Position numbers and translations under genes: made by a program. From Acidimicrobiia bacterium (lineage in GTDB: Bacteria > Actinomycetota > Acidimicrobiia > Spongiisociales > ZC4RG35), in contig CBDBCY010000004.1 of assembly GCA_965203555.1 (NCBI GenBank), forward strand, positions 2,592,001 to 2,656,000: DNA of 64,000 nucleotides, read 5' to 3'. The notes under the pieces were generated by a model. That model searched no databases. It was not told the origin of the DNA and saw only the letters and a program-made list of their open reading frames with translations. The first letter of the stretch is position 1; each line of letters begins with the position of its first letter. This document shows, piece after piece, positions 35,530 to 46,259 of the stretch.

Positions 35530-36888
35530 CTAGACCATCGGCCACGGCGACGGGAACCCGATTCCCGTTACTTTTCGTATCCGTTTGCCGACGTTCTCAA
35601 CCTGCCGTATCAACTCCCATAGATCATCCACAAACCGCGGCTTGCCTGCCTCCACCACCACCCTGCCTTCGACAATCACCGTATCTACCGAATCGCCGGT
35701 GCTCGAGTACACAAGATTCCGGACCGGATCAATCAAGGAACGCCACTCGGGGCGTCGGGTGTCGAAAAGAACCAGATCACCTTTCCTGCCCACCTCAATG
35801 GCGCCCAACGAATCGCGGGCCTGCAAGGCAGCGGCGCCGGTTCGGGTTGCCAGCTCAAGTGCCGTCTCGGCCGGTATGAGGCGCCGATCACCGCGAACGT
35901 CCTTGTAAACGGTTGCCGCCAGGTTCATGCAGCGCACCATGTCCGAGAAGTTGGAACTGTTGACAGAGTCCGTTCCCAGGGATACCGGTACGCCCGCGTC
36001 CAACAACTCGGGAAGTCTTCCCCCTCTACCGGTGTTGGCGCCGCCTTTCATCACTGTGCTGGGACAGATCACGACCCCTGCCCCGGATCCGGCAATGAGT
36101 TCTATTTCGAGTTCGGTCAGGTTCATGCAGTGAGAGAGCACAATGTTGGGAGCAAGAATCCCCAGCTCCGCAAGTCGCTCGGTCGGCGTAGGTCCTGTCT
36201 CCCCGGCGCCGCCCGAGTGATGGAGCGTCAGGGCGGTGCCGTATCGATCGGCGATCTTCTTGGCGCCGACCAGAAGCTCAGGAGTACAGAAGTTGAGGGA
36301 AAACGGCATGGCCCAGGCCCGCACCCGTCCTGACAGGCATCCATCCAGTTCCTTGACAGAAGCCTCCAAGCGTTCCAGGGCATCGCGTGTGTCATAGACC
36401 GGAAGATTCAACTCGTTCTCCCGATCCTGGACCTGTTCACCGGTCACCACCCGGCATCCGGCCTTCTCATAGGCAGCCAGGCACGCCTCCGGGTGTTTGG
36501 TGGTGCCCGGATCGACGAAGGTCGTGGTTCCCGTCCGGAGCAGTTCCGCCAAGCCGAGCAATGTGGTCAGGTACTCTTCCTCCTCGTTCATCACCGATTG
36601 CATGGCGAACACATGCTTCAACCGGTTGGGGACGTCATCGGGGAAGATGCCGCGGACAGAATGGGCATAGCTGATGTGCATGTGTCCATTCACGAACCCG
36701 GGGGTGACGACCATGCCGGTTGCGTCGATGGTCCGCTCCGCTTGGACCCCGCCCAATTCGTGGGCTTTGCCGACGTGGGTGATCTGTCCATCTCGGACCA
36801 CGACCGAGCCGTTTCGGATGATCCGCCTTCCGTCATCGACGGTTATGACGAATCCAGCCTTGTCGATCTTGAGGCTCGAACCCGTCAC
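35530..36888 (-). CDS. Amidohydrolase (Atz/Trz/SsnA-like)
   Basis: PGFVNGHMH, LHH, SHC, GTDS and G.IEVG..GDLV motifs. Confidence 0.85.
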   Translation of the reverse strand: MTGSSLKIDKAGFVITVDDGRRIIRNGSVVVRDGQITHVGKAHELGGVQAERTIDATGMVVTPGFVNGHMHISYAHSVRGIFPDDVPNRLKHVFAMQSVMNEEEEYLTTLLGLAELLRTGTTTFVDPGTTKHPEACLAAYEKAGCRVVTGEQVQDRENELNLPVYDTRDALERLEASVKELDGCLSGRVRAWAMPFSLNFCTPELLVGAKKIADRYGTALTLHHSGGAGETGPTPTERLAELGILAPNIVLSHCMNLTELEIELIAGSGAGVVICPSTVMKGGANTGRGGRLPELLDAGVPVSLGTDSVNSSNFSDMVRCMNLAATVYKDVRGDRRLIPAETALELATRTGAAALQARDSLGAIEVGRKGDLVLFDTRRPEWRSLIDPVRNLVYSSTGDSVDTVIVEGRVVVEAGKPRFVDDLWELIRQVENVGKRIRKVTGIGFPSPWPMV

Positions 36889-36993
36889 GCTGTTTTCCCT
36901 TCGCCCCGGCTCCCAGCTCCCCTGATTCCCGGCATGAATCGCCGCGAGACGGAAGTGGCCTGCAATCTGCGTTTCAACGCAGCCGTTCCCCGA

Positions 36994-38346
36994 TCAACGT
37001 CTGGCTCCCTGCTTCGCCAACTCTCCCGTGTTCACCAGGTTTCGCGCCGACAGATACTCGGGGTCATCATAACGGTTGAGAAGAAACAACTCCGAGTAGT
37101 CGGGGAGGTCGCTGCCGGCGATATAGCAGCCGACCAGTTCAGCGGCGCCCGTGCAAATCATCACCCCGTATCCCGACATCCCCGTAACCAGATAGAACCC
37201 CTCGGGGCCTGCCGGTCCGATAAGGGGAAGGTTCTCCGGCGTTTTCATCACCCATCCGCCGTCAACCACCGAGTAGGGCAAGTGATGACGATAACGGCTC
37301 AGAGAGGGCATCATCGTGGCCATTCCGCGCATGACCGCCTCGGGAAACATGAAGTCCGGCGCCGGCGCAGGCCAGGTTGGCCGATCTTGAACGACGGGCC
37401 GGTAATTCCAGAGAGCTTCGAAAAAGGGTGAGTCGGCCCCTCCCTCCGGCCGACCGAAGACCGGCGTGGCGATCTCCTCCAGCAACTCGTTGAACCCTGC
37501 ACCGGTCAGGGCAGATCTCTCTTCGTCACTCCAGTCGATAGTTACAGGATCGGTCCACAGGAGCATTGGAGCGTCACGGGGAAACGCTCCGAGGTGGTCC
37601 CTGAATGACACCTTGTGGTGAAGCGATGCGTGCAGGGGCAGTTCCACTCCCACCAGGCGCGCCAACTGAGGCGACATCGGCCCGGCGGCATTGATCACGG
37701 CCGGTGTCGAAATTCGCTGGCCTGACCGTAGTAAGGCGCTTGACACCTTTCCCCGTACGGTCCTTATGTCAACCACCTCATCTAGGACAACCTCTGCTCC
37801 GTGGCGCCTTGCCTCCTCCAGCATGAAGGCCCCCAGTTGCTGGGCGCTGAGCCATCCCCCTCGTCGAACGAACAAAGCACCCATTGCTCTGTCGCTCAGG
37901 TAAGGAAACCGGCTCAGCAAAGCTTCGGGAGTCTGGTAGATGTCGAATCCCCTCTCTTCCCCGGGGGGGTCGCCAGGCTGCCGGTTGATTCGCACGGGTC
38001 CTGCGCCGAACTCCGAACTCGCCTGCGCCGCCCTCGTGAGGGATGCCAATTGCTCAGGATCACCGGTTAGGAACAGGTATCCCCTCCGTGACATGTTGAA
38101 GAAGTTGTTTGATTGGTACTTGAGGACCTCGAGAATGTCAATGGAGCGATTGGTCAGGTCAACCATCGGCCTGTTGGGGAAAAAGTTGCGATAGCACTCC
38201 GATGACTTGTCGGAGGTGAGCGACAGTGGAGGACGGGGATCAACGACAGTCACTTTGTCCACGCCCCGTGTCGCTGCCAACTCGTAGCAAGTGGCGACAC
38301 CCGCGATACCGGCGCCAACCACAACCGCCCCAGCTTGCTGCGCCAT
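36994..38346 (-). CDS. FAD-dependent oxidoreductase (DAO/sarcosine oxidase beta-like)
   Basis: VVGAGIAG, INAAGP, PLIGP and SGYGVM motifs. Confidence 0.85.
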   Translation of the reverse strand: MAQQAGAVVVGAGIAGVATCYELAATRGVDKVTVVDPRPPLSLTSDKSSECYRNFFPNRPMVDLTNRSIDILEVLKYQSNNFFNMSRRGYLFLTGDPEQLASLTRAAQASSEFGAGPVRINRQPGDPPGEERGFDIYQTPEALLSRFPYLSDRAMGALFVRRGGWLSAQQLGAFMLEEARRHGAEVVLDEVVDIRTVRGKVSSALLRSGQRISTPAVINAAGPMSPQLARLVGVELPLHASLHHKVSFRDHLGAFPRDAPMLLWTDPVTIDWSDEERSALTGAGFNELLEEIATPVFGRPEGGADSPFFEALWNYRPVVQDRPTWPAPAPDFMFPEAVMRGMATMMPSLSRYRHHLPYSVVDGGWVMKTPENLPLIGPAGPEGFYLVTGMSGYGVMICTGAAELVGCYIAGSDLPDYSELFLLNRYDDPEYLSARNLVNTGELAKQGARR

Positions 38347-38773
38347 TCTTACTGCTTCCCGAAAGTTTCGCCTGCGGCCACCTGCAGGACGGCATAGACC
38401 GCTGCCGGTTGATCGATCATCGGTTGGAACACACTTGCCATCGCAGACTCACGCGCTCAAACGATACTTGGGTCCACTCCCGAGGCGTCCGCAGCAGCGG
38501 CTGTTTGACTGCAAGTCGTCTGGTTACTGTCAACCGTCGAGAAGCCAACGGGTGATGCTTGCACTCTCTGTGGTTGCCTTGGTTCAGGGTGTCACTGAGG
38601 TGTCGTCAAAAGGAAATAGTTGCAATCGCTTGCGATAGCGACAATTGCCAATTAGTGTTTTCTGAAAGCTGTAGATGCTCTATGGGAGCAGTGTGGCGAA
38701 AGGAAAGGTCTTTCGCCATTGACCATCAAAGACCCCCTGTGCCAAGCGGGGATTAGAAAGGAGTAGCAAGAAC

Positions 38774-40378
38774 ATGAACAGAATCAGACGAGGAGGCGGA
38801 AGATGGCTGGCGTTGGTAGCGGTGCTTGCACTGGTGCTGGCCGCCTGCGGGCAGGATGACCCCGCCCCGACCACCGAGGCGCCGCCAGCCACCGAGGCGC
38901 CGACCACCACGGCGGCGCCGACCACCACGGCGGCGCCGACCACCACTGCCGCGCCGGAGCCGGAGAGTGTTGGAATAGTGATCGGTCTGGGCACGGAGCC
39001 CGGATCACTCGATCCTCAAGCCGTTGACCAGTTCGCCATGTTCAACATCAATGACAACGTCTTCGACAAACTGGTGACACGTAATGCCGCTGGCGACCTG
39101 GTGCCTGGAGTAGCTACTGACACGGGAACTCCCATAGACGACACCACCTGGCAATACACGGTGCAAGAAGGGGTCACCTTCCACAACGGAGAGCCTCTCA
39201 ATGCCGATGCCGTGGTGCACAGCGTCCTTCGCATTATCGATCCGGACTATCCGACACCGCTCAAGGACAACCTCGGAACGCTGGTGGGTGCGGAGAAGGT
39301 GGACGAGCACACGGTGAACATTCTCACCAGCGGTCCTGATCCGCTAATTCCGACCAGGATGACCCTGCTGTACCTGGTTCCTCCCGAAGCATCCCAAGGC
39401 GAGGACTTTGGAGAGAATCCGGTGGGATCAGGTCCCTACAGGTTCGTATCCTGGGAGCGCGGCATTGCCGTCGAACTGGAGGCGAACCCCGACTACCGGG
39501 GTGACGCTCCGTCCGTAACCAATGCGCGGTACGTGTTCATCGAGGAATACGGGACGCGTCTTGCCGGGGTCCTCAACGACGAGATCGACCTCATGGTCGA
39601 CCTGCTGCCCGAGGACGCTGGAAGGGTGGCGCAATCTTGGAGCACTCCCACCGGGCTGAAGCAGTTCATCGTGTCCTTGAACGCTCGCGCCGGCAGTCCT
39701 GTTGAGGACGTGCGCGTCCGGCAGGCTCTCAACTATGCGGTGGACAAGGAGGCAATTGCCGAGGGACTGTTCTCGGGAATCGCTGAAATCCTCCAGGGGC
39801 AGATGCTGAATCCCAACTGGTTCGGATTCAATCCCGACCTCGACCCCTATCCGTACGATCCCGACCGCGCCCGCGCTTTGCTGGAGGATGCCGGCGCCAC
39901 CGGGCTGGAAATCCAACTTGTCTCCCTGGTGGGCAACTCGCTGCTCGACCGCGAGACCACCGAGGCGGTGGCGGCCTTCTGGAGCGAGGTGGGTGTGAAC
40001 GCCGAGATATTCATACCCGAGTTCTCCGAGTACATCGACCGCCTCATAGATCGCGAAAGTCGTCCCGACGCCATATTCGTACCGCATGACAACATCCTGT
40101 TCGACGGTGACCGGACGCTGTCGGCCTATTACCACTCTCAGGGTTGCTGCGGTTCCATGGACCCGTCAGAAGCGGATGATTGGATTGACAGCGGAAGAAC
40201 GGAGATCGACCAGGCCGAACGGCTGCGGCTCTACCAGGCTGTCGGTCAGCAGGGACACGACGAGGCATGGTATGTCTGGCTGGTCAGCATTCCCAACGTC
40301 TTTGCCGGGACAGACCGGATCGACTGGTCCGCCCGCGCCGACGGTTTGATCCACCTGGTGGACATAGCAGTCTCATAG
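38774..40378 (+). CDS. ABC transporter family 5 substrate-binding lipoprotein
   Basis: LAAC lipobox, SLDP, FHNGEPL.AD.V, GSGPY and VRQALNYAVD motifs. Confidence 0.92.
   Translation: MNRIRRGGGRWLALVAVLALVLAACGQDDPAPTTEAPPATEAPTTTAAPTTTAAPTTTAAPEPESVGIVIGLGTEPGSLDPQAVDQFAMFNINDNVFDKLVTRNAAGDLVPGVATDTGTPIDDTTWQYTVQEGVTFHNGEPLNADAVVHSVLRIIDPDYPTPLKDNLGTLVGAEKVDEHTVNILTSGPDPLIPTRMTLLYLVPPEASQGEDFGENPVGSGPYRFVSWERGIAVELEANPDYRGDAPSVTNARYVFIEEYGTRLAGVLNDEIDLMVDLLPEDAGRVAQSWSTPTGLKQFIVSLNARAGSPVEDVRVRQALNYAVDKEAIAEGLFSGIAEILQGQMLNPNWFGFNPDLDPYPYDPDRARALLEDAGATGLEIQLVSLVGNSLLDRETTEAVAAFWSEVGVNAEIFIPEFSEYIDRLIDRESRPDAIFVPHDNILFDGDRTLSAYYHSQGCCGSMDPSEADDWIDSGRTEIDQAERLRLYQAVGQQGHDEAWYVWLVSIPNVFAGTDRIDWSARADGLIHLVDIAVS
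38864..38956 (+). repeat. 18-bp coding tandem repeat (APTTTA/APTTE units)
   Basis: GCGCCGACCACCACGGCG and variants repeated about 5 times. Confidence 0.8.
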
Positions 40379-40457
40379 GAACCGACTCATTCGACACCGG
40401 GCGTATCATCGGAACGGGTGACGCGCCCGGTGTCGAAGCAATGAGACTGGAGTAGCC

Positions 40458-41387
40458 ATGGGCCGGTACCTGCTGAAGCGCCTGTCCCAAGCGTTGCTGG
40501 TAGTGGTCTCGGTCATGGTGGTCGTGTTCATCGTGACGCGGCTCATCGGAGACCCGGTGGCGGTGATGCTGCCGCTGGAGGCCACGGAGGAGAATCGAGC
40601 AGTCCTGGAAGCCCAACTCGGTCTGGACAGACCGATCCTGGTCCAACTGGGCGATTACATTGCGGACGCGGTCCAACTGGATCTGGGCGACTCTCTGTGG
40701 CAACGACGCCCGGCCATCGACATCGTTCTGGAGCGATTGCCCCCGACCATTCTCCTGGTTGGGGCCGGCTTCGCCCTGGGGGTCCTGCTTGGCGCTGTGA
40801 TCGGGGTGGTCTCCGGAATGCGGCCTGGCGGGTGGGTGGATCGGGCTGCCGTAACCCTGGGTCTGCTCGGGGTTTCGCTCCCCCAGTTCTGGATCGGGTT
40901 GGTGTTGATCGTCTTCTTCAGTGTGGGTCTGGGGTGGTTTCCGACCTCCGGTTCGGGCGGCATCGAGTATCTGGTGCTTCCGGCGTTTGTGCTCGCCCTG
41001 CCGATAGTGGGACGTATCGCCCTGGTCACCAGGTCTTCGATGATCGACGAATTGAACGCCCAGCACGTCAAGGACGCCACTGCCCGGGGAGTTTCCCGGG
41101 CTCGCATCGTGATAGTCCATGCCTTCAAAGGCGCCGGAATCGCCACCATCACTATCGCAGGTTGGGAGTTGATCGGAGCGCTGGCCGGTGGAGCGGTGGT
41201 GGTCGAGACGGTGTACGCCTGGCCGGGGATCGGCTTCACCGCCATGCAGGCTATCGAGCGGCACGACATCATCCTCGTTCAGGCTGTGGTGTTCGTGGTG
41301 GCGATCATGGTGGTCACGATCAACGTCATTGTGGATGTGACCTACACGATGCTCGATCCCCGAGTCAAGTTCGATCGGGTGTCATGA
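40458..41387 (+). CDS. Dpp/Opp ABC permease (DppB-like)
   Basis: GDP, LGLDRP, P.FW.GL and RSSM...ATARG (EAA loop) motifs. Confidence 0.9.
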   Translation: MGRYLLKRLSQALLVVVSVMVVVFIVTRLIGDPVAVMLPLEATEENRAVLEAQLGLDRPILVQLGDYIADAVQLDLGDSLWQRRPAIDIVLERLPPTILLVGAGFALGVLLGAVIGVVSGMRPGGWVDRAAVTLGLLGVSLPQFWIGLVLIVFFSVGLGWFPTSGSGGIEYLVLPAFVLALPIVGRIALVTRSSMIDELNAQHVKDATARGVSRARIVIVHAFKGAGIATITIAGWELIGALAGGAVVVETVYAWPGIGFTAMQAIERHDIILVQAVVFVVAIMVVTINVIVDVTYTMLDPRVKFDRVS

Positions 41388-42310
41388 GTTCGGTCTCCTC
41401 CGGCGCTCGGGACCACCGCCGGCGATCGGCGGCATGGCTCATGCGGATTGTTCGTGATCCCACCGCCCTGTTCGGAGTCCTTGTCCTGGTGTTGCTGGTT
41501 TCGACCGCCCTCTTCGCCCCCTTGATCGCTCCGCTCGACCCCAACAAGCAAGATCTGGGCGCCCGCCTGCTCCCTCCCTTCTATGCCGAGGGCGGCTCGT
41601 TCGAGCACATCCTCGGCACGGATCAACTTGGTCGGGACGTGTTTTCCCGGATCATCCACGGCGCCAGGATTTCCCTGACCATCCCCCTGGTGGCGGTCAC
41701 CATGGCCGGGGTTTTCGGGACCGCGGTGGGCCTGCTGGCCGGCTACCGGGGCGGAAGGACCGACTCGGTGATCATGCGCGTCGTCGACACGCTTTTCTCC
41801 TTCCCAGGCCTTCTCCTGGCGTTGACGATCCTGGCAGTGGTGGGGCCGAGTTTCTGGACGCTGGCGATCGTGCTTTCACTCCGGATTTGGATGGTGTTCG
41901 CCAGGATGACCCGGGGCCTCGTGCTCTCTGCGCGAGAAGCTGAGTACGTGGAGGCGGCGGAACTGATCGGCGCGTCGCCGGTCCGCATCATGATGCGCCA
42001 CATCGCCCCCAACCTCACCGCGCCGTTGCTGACCTTGGCGGTGCTCGAGTCGGCCCATGTGATCCTGTCGGAGGCCGCCCTCTCGTTTCTTGGGTTGGGC
42101 ATCCAACCACCCCAGACGTCGTGGGGATTGGACGTGGCGATCGGTCGACAGTACGTCTTCTCCGCTCCCTGGTTGATCATCTTTCCCGGACTGGCGATAG
42201 CGGTGGCGGTGCTGGGTATCAATCTCCTGGCCAGTTGGCTCAGAGTGGCGGCCGATCCCGAGGAAAGCGCCAAGCGGTTCGCGGCGGCAGCCGACGCCCC
42301 TGTCGGTTAG
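41384..42310 (+). CDS. Dpp/Opp ABC permease (DppC-like)
   Basis: LGTDQLGRD, YVEAA..IGAS and EAALSFLGLG motifs. Confidence 0.9.
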   Translation: MSSVSSGARDHRRRSAAWLMRIVRDPTALFGVLVLVLLVSTALFAPLIAPLDPNKQDLGARLLPPFYAEGGSFEHILGTDQLGRDVFSRIIHGARISLTIPLVAVTMAGVFGTAVGLLAGYRGGRTDSVIMRVVDTLFSFPGLLLALTILAVVGPSFWTLAIVLSLRIWMVFARMTRGLVLSAREAEYVEAAELIGASPVRIMMRHIAPNLTAPLLTLAVLESAHVILSEAALSFLGLGIQPPQTSWGLDVAIGRQYVFSAPWLIIFPGLAIAVAVLGINLLASWLRVAADPEESAKRFAAAADAPVG

Positions 42311-42315
42311 TCGGG

Positions 42316-43326
42316 ATGGGCAGGGACCACCACCTCCTTGAGGTCCGTGATCTCAAAGTGGTATTTCCGGCTCGGGGCGGCACGGTCCAGGCTGTCCGGG
42401 ACGTCTCCTTCACCGTCGATCCGGGCGAATCACTGGGGATCGTCGGCGAGTCCGGGTCGGGCAAGAGCACCATCGCGCGAGCAGCCCTCGGGTTGATCGA
42501 ATTGCCGGGCAGGATAGTCAGGGGGGAGGTTCTGTGGAAAGGCCGTTCGCTGCGGGACAAGAGGATCGCCCGCCGGATTCGCGGCCGGGAAATCAGCATG
42601 GTGTCCCAAGACCCCATGGCGTCGATGAACCCCATCCTCACGGTCGGCACGCAGATGACCGAGGTCATGACCCGGCATCTGGGCCTCAGCAGGGCGCAAG
42701 CCCGCACTGCAGCAGCCGATCTGCTGGAGAAGGTGGGGATTCCCGACCCGAAGCGCCGTCTCGGACAGTACCCGTTCGAGTTCTCCGGAGGCATGCAGCA
42801 GCGGGTGGTGATTGCCATAGCGCTCTCCTGCGATCCCATGATGCTGATCGCCGACGAGCCGACCACGGCTCTCGACGTGACCACCCAGGCGCAGATCCTC
42901 GATCTGATCTTCACACTCCAGAGGGACCTGGGCCTGGCCCTCCTGCTGATCACTCACGACCTCGGAGTGGTAGCCGGGGCCTGCGACCTTCTCAAAGTCC
43001 TTTACGCGGGAGAGATCGTCGAGTCAGGAACGGCCGACCAGTTGTTTCATCGGCCCCATCATCCGTACACCGCCGCTCTCTTGGGTTCAACACCTCGCCT
43101 CGATGTGAAGGCGGAGCGCCTGGTGGCGATCGAGGGCCAGCCTCCCGATCTTCGCCTCGATCATATCGGCTGCAGCTTCGCCCCTCGATGTCCCTACTCG
43201 ACGGGCCGGTGTGAGTCAGCCTCTCCAAGTCTGGGGACATCTTCGGAGGGACGGGCATTTGCCTGCTGGCATCCTCTCGATCATCGACTGGGTTCGGCCC
43301 CTGACCGGAAGCATGGACATGGCTAG
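42316..43326 (+). CDS. Dpp/Opp ABC ATPase (DppD-like)
   Basis: [28 protein letters not shown] and C-terminal Cys cluster. Confidence 0.92.
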   Translation: MGRDHHLLEVRDLKVVFPARGGTVQAVRDVSFTVDPGESLGIVGESGSGKSTIARAALGLIELPGRIVRGEVLWKGRSLRDKRIARRIRGREISMVSQDPMASMNPILTVGTQMTEVMTRHLGLSRAQARTAAADLLEKVGIPDPKRRLGQYPFEFSGGMQQRVVIAIALSCDPMMLIADEPTTALDVTTQAQILDLIFTLQRDLGLALLLITHDLGVVAGACDLLKVLYAGEIVESGTADQLFHRPHHPYTAALLGSTPRLDVKAERLVAIEGQPPDLRLDHIGCSFAPRCPYSTGRCESASPSLGTSSEGRAFACWHPLDHRLGSAPDRKHGHG

Positions 43327-44296
43327 TCCTCTGCTCGAAGTTGAAGGGCTGACAGTCACATACAACGTCGGCCGCGAGGGCTTCTGGGGTCAACGCCAAA
43401 CGCGTCTCACGGCGGTTGACGACATCAGCTTCTCGATCCAGCGGGGCGAGACGTTCGGCCTGGTGGGGGAATCGGGCTCCGGCAAAACCACAACCGGGCG
43501 CGCCATTCTCGGAAAGGTGCCCATCACCTCCGGCCGTGTCAGATTTGCCGGGCGCGACATCACCGGTGTGGAAGGCCGGGAGCGGCGGTCGATACGCCGC
43601 AACATGCAGTTGATTCCCCAGAATCCCTATGGAAGCCTCAATCCTCGTATGAAAGTGCGGGACCTGATCGCCGAACCCCTGGTGGTACACCGGCAGTTCA
43701 CGAGCGCCAGGCGAGCCACGGAACGAGTGGTGGAACTCCTCGAATTGACGGGGATGAACCCGCACGACATGCACAAGTATCCCCATGCCTTCAGCGGGGG
43801 ACAACGTCAAAGAATCGTCATTGCGCGGGCGCTGGCTCTCAACCCGGATCTGATAGTCGCCGACGAGCCGGTGTCCGCCCTGGACGTTTCTATCCAAGCC
43901 CAAGTCGTCAACTTGCTGCAGGATCTGCAGGGCCGGCTCAATCTCACCTACGTCTTCATAGCACACGACTTGGCCGTTGTGCGTCACATCTCCCACCGCA
44001 TAGGGATCATGTATGCAGGGAAGCTGGTTGAGGTTGCGAATTCCGAGAGTGTTTACCGGACTCCCATCCACCCTTACACCGAGGCCCTGCTCTCTTCCGT
44101 TCCGATCCCGGATCCGCGGATCCAGCGCGGCCGAGCGGGGGAGGTGATCCAGGGCGAGCCGCCGGACCCGATACACCCGCCCGCCGGTTGCCGGTTTCAC
44201 ACCAGGTGCCCTTTGGCTGAGCCGCGCTGCCGTGAGGCGCCGCCGCCCCTGGAAGTGAAGACACCTCGACACGAGGCAGCCTGTTGGCTGCGATAG
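43313..44296 (+). CDS. Dpp/Opp ABC ATPase (DppF-like)
   Basis: [24 protein letters not shown] and GCRFHTRCP motifs. Confidence 0.92.
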   Translation: MDMASPLLEVEGLTVTYNVGREGFWGQRQTRLTAVDDISFSIQRGETFGLVGESGSGKTTTGRAILGKVPITSGRVRFAGRDITGVEGRERRSIRRNMQLIPQNPYGSLNPRMKVRDLIAEPLVVHRQFTSARRATERVVELLELTGMNPHDMHKYPHAFSGGQRQRIVIARALALNPDLIVADEPVSALDVSIQAQVVNLLQDLQGRLNLTYVFIAHDLAVVRHISHRIGIMYAGKLVEVANSESVYRTPIHPYTEALLSSVPIPDPRIQRGRAGEVIQGEPPDPIHPPAGCRFHTRCPLAEPRCREAPPPLEVKTPRHEAACWLR

Positions 44297-44363
44297 CCGC
44301 TCGGCCGGTTCGTGCCGGACCCGGGTCCGGTCACCCCAGGGGTGGGAACCCCTCGGCTCGGCG

Positions 44364-45593
44364 ATGAAACGGCTGGGTCCCTCCTACAACGGGCTCCTCA
44401 CCGCTTTCACGATTTCCAATGTGGGCAACGGGGTGCTGATTGCGGCGCTCCCGTTGTTGGTGGCATCCAGCACCCGGAACCCGCTGGCGATTAGTGGACT
44501 GATGGTGGCCGCCGGGATTCCCTGGCTGTTGATCGGGCCTTTCTCGGGGGCGATCGTGGATAGAGTGGATCGTCGGAGCGCGATGGTTCTGGCTGAAGCG
44601 GGTCGGGTGGCAATCATGGGTGCAGCGACCCTCTATGTTTTCGGAGGCGGTGACTCGATCATTGCCCTGTATGCGCTGCTGATCGTCGTCGGGGTCGGTG
44701 AGACCTTCTTCGACGCCGCCGGTCTTGCTCTGGTCCCCGGTTTGGTGACTTCTGTTCAGTTGGACGCCGCCAACAGTCGGCTGTTTGGAGCTCAGACCCT
44801 GGCTCAACGGTTCATAGGACCCCCGCTGGGCGGGTGGCTCTTTGCCTTCGCAGCCTGGGTGCCTCTTGGCGTGGACGCATTGAGCTTCTTGGCGGCCGCC
44901 CTAGTGGCATTGTGGCTTCCAAGGGGCGCCGTCCGGGAACGGTCGCAACGTCCCGGCGGCGGGTTGATGACCGAGACGATCGAAGGCATCCAGTGGGTGT
45001 GGCGGGACTCCGTCTTGCGGGCATTCGTTGTCGGATCGGGATCCCTTCACTTCGCAAACGGAGCGGGCCTGTCCGTCCTTGTTTTGGTGGCCCAGGACCG
45101 CTACCGACTCACGGGCTTCGGCTTCGGGCTGACCCTTAGCGCGTTGGCTGTCGGGTTCATCCTCGGTTATATCGCTGCGCCTTCGGTTGCCGCCAAGTTT
45201 CCCCGCGCGAGGATTTGCGTGGTCTCAGTGGTCGGTGCGGCATCCGGTTTCCTACTGGTGGCGGGATCGAGTCTCGCCATGGTAGGCGGGTTGGGACTGG
45301 CTCTGGTCGGAGCTTCCGGCGCTCAGTTGAGTGTTGTGGCCATCTCCTATCGCCAAGCGGCGGTGCCGGACCGGATTCTCGGACGGGTGATGGCTGGTTT
45401 CCTGTTCGTCGGACACGGAGCGACTCCGGTCGGCGCCCTGGTCGGGGGACTGGTGGCTGCATGGGCGGGAGTCGGCTACACGTATGTTGCTGCGGCGCTG
45501 TCCATGGCAGTGGTGGCGCCCTACCTGTGGATCGCTTTGAAGGACAAGGAACTCGATCCCGGTCGCCTGGGAGGGGAGTCAACGGACTCGTAG
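44364..45593 (+). CDS. MFS transporter (DHA3-like)
   Basis: GAIVDRVDRR motif A; 12 transmembrane segments. Confidence 0.85.
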   Translation: MKRLGPSYNGLLTAFTISNVGNGVLIAALPLLVASSTRNPLAISGLMVAAGIPWLLIGPFSGAIVDRVDRRSAMVLAEAGRVAIMGAATLYVFGGGDSIIALYALLIVVGVGETFFDAAGLALVPGLVTSVQLDAANSRLFGAQTLAQRFIGPPLGGWLFAFAAWVPLGVDALSFLAAALVALWLPRGAVRERSQRPGGGLMTETIEGIQWVWRDSVLRAFVVGSGSLHFANGAGLSVLVLVAQDRYRLTGFGFGLTLSALAVGFILGYIAAPSVAAKFPRARICVVSVVGAASGFLLVAGSSLAMVGGLGLALVGASGAQLSVVAISYRQAAVPDRILGRVMAGFLFVGHGATPVGALVGGLVAAWAGVGYTYVAAALSMAVVAPYLWIALKDKELDPGRLGGESTDS

Positions 45594-45607
45594 CCGGCCT
45601 CCCCTCA

Positions 45608-46225
45608 TCACGGCGGGCCGCCGGGGGGACCGTAATGGCGGAGTCCTTCTTGGAGGTTCTGGGGGGTGTCCACCGAGAACCATGATCGGCCGTCTTCCCC
45701 CCAGGACCTCCACACCGGCGCCGCGACGACGGTTCCCCGCAACCGGGGGATGACCGGTTGCAGAGACTGCTGCGTTCGGGCTGCCTCCTCCAGCAGGGGA
45801 AGGGATCGCGCCGGATAGGCGCCGCAGGTCACCTGGTAGTGGCGGTCCATCGGAACGGCGGGCTGGGGATGGACATCCAAGATGGCAGCCAGGGTGGCGG
45901 GCCGGACCCAGGGTTGGTCGACACCAACCACCAGCACGGACCGTCCGCCTGCCTTTATCAGGCCGGTGACGATGCCGGCGCTCGGTCCCCGGCGGCCTGC
46001 CACGGCGTCCGGTACCGAGCGAATGCCCTCCGCGGTCTCCCGGCCGACCACCAGCACCTCGGAAACCACCTGCGACAGGGCCGCGAACACCCAGTCCAAC
46101 ATGGTGCGCCCCTCCAGGATCGTCCGAGCCTTGTCCGAGCCCATCCGCCGGGATCGACCGCCGGCCAGGATCACTCCCAGGGTCTCCGGGGAGGGGGTGC
46201 GAGGTGGGGACGGGGAGAGATTCAA
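45608..46225 (-). CDS. mobA: Molybdenum cofactor guanylyltransferase
   Basis: GVILAGGRSRRMGSDKA, GP..GI, VDQP and S.DTP motifs; TTG start inferred. Confidence 0.8.
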   Translation of the reverse strand: MNLSPSPPRTPSPETLGVILAGGRSRRMGSDKARTILEGRTMLDWVFAALSQVVSEVLVVGRETAEGIRSVPDAVAGRRGPSAGIVTGLIKAGGRSVLVVGVDQPWVRPATLAAILDVHPQPAVPMDRHYQVTCGAYPARSLPLLEEAARTQQSLQPVIPRLRGTVVAAPVWRSWGEDGRSWFSVDTPQNLQEGLRHYGPPGGPP

Positions 46226-46259
46226 TGTCGGGGAAGGTGAGCCAATACAATCGCAGGGA

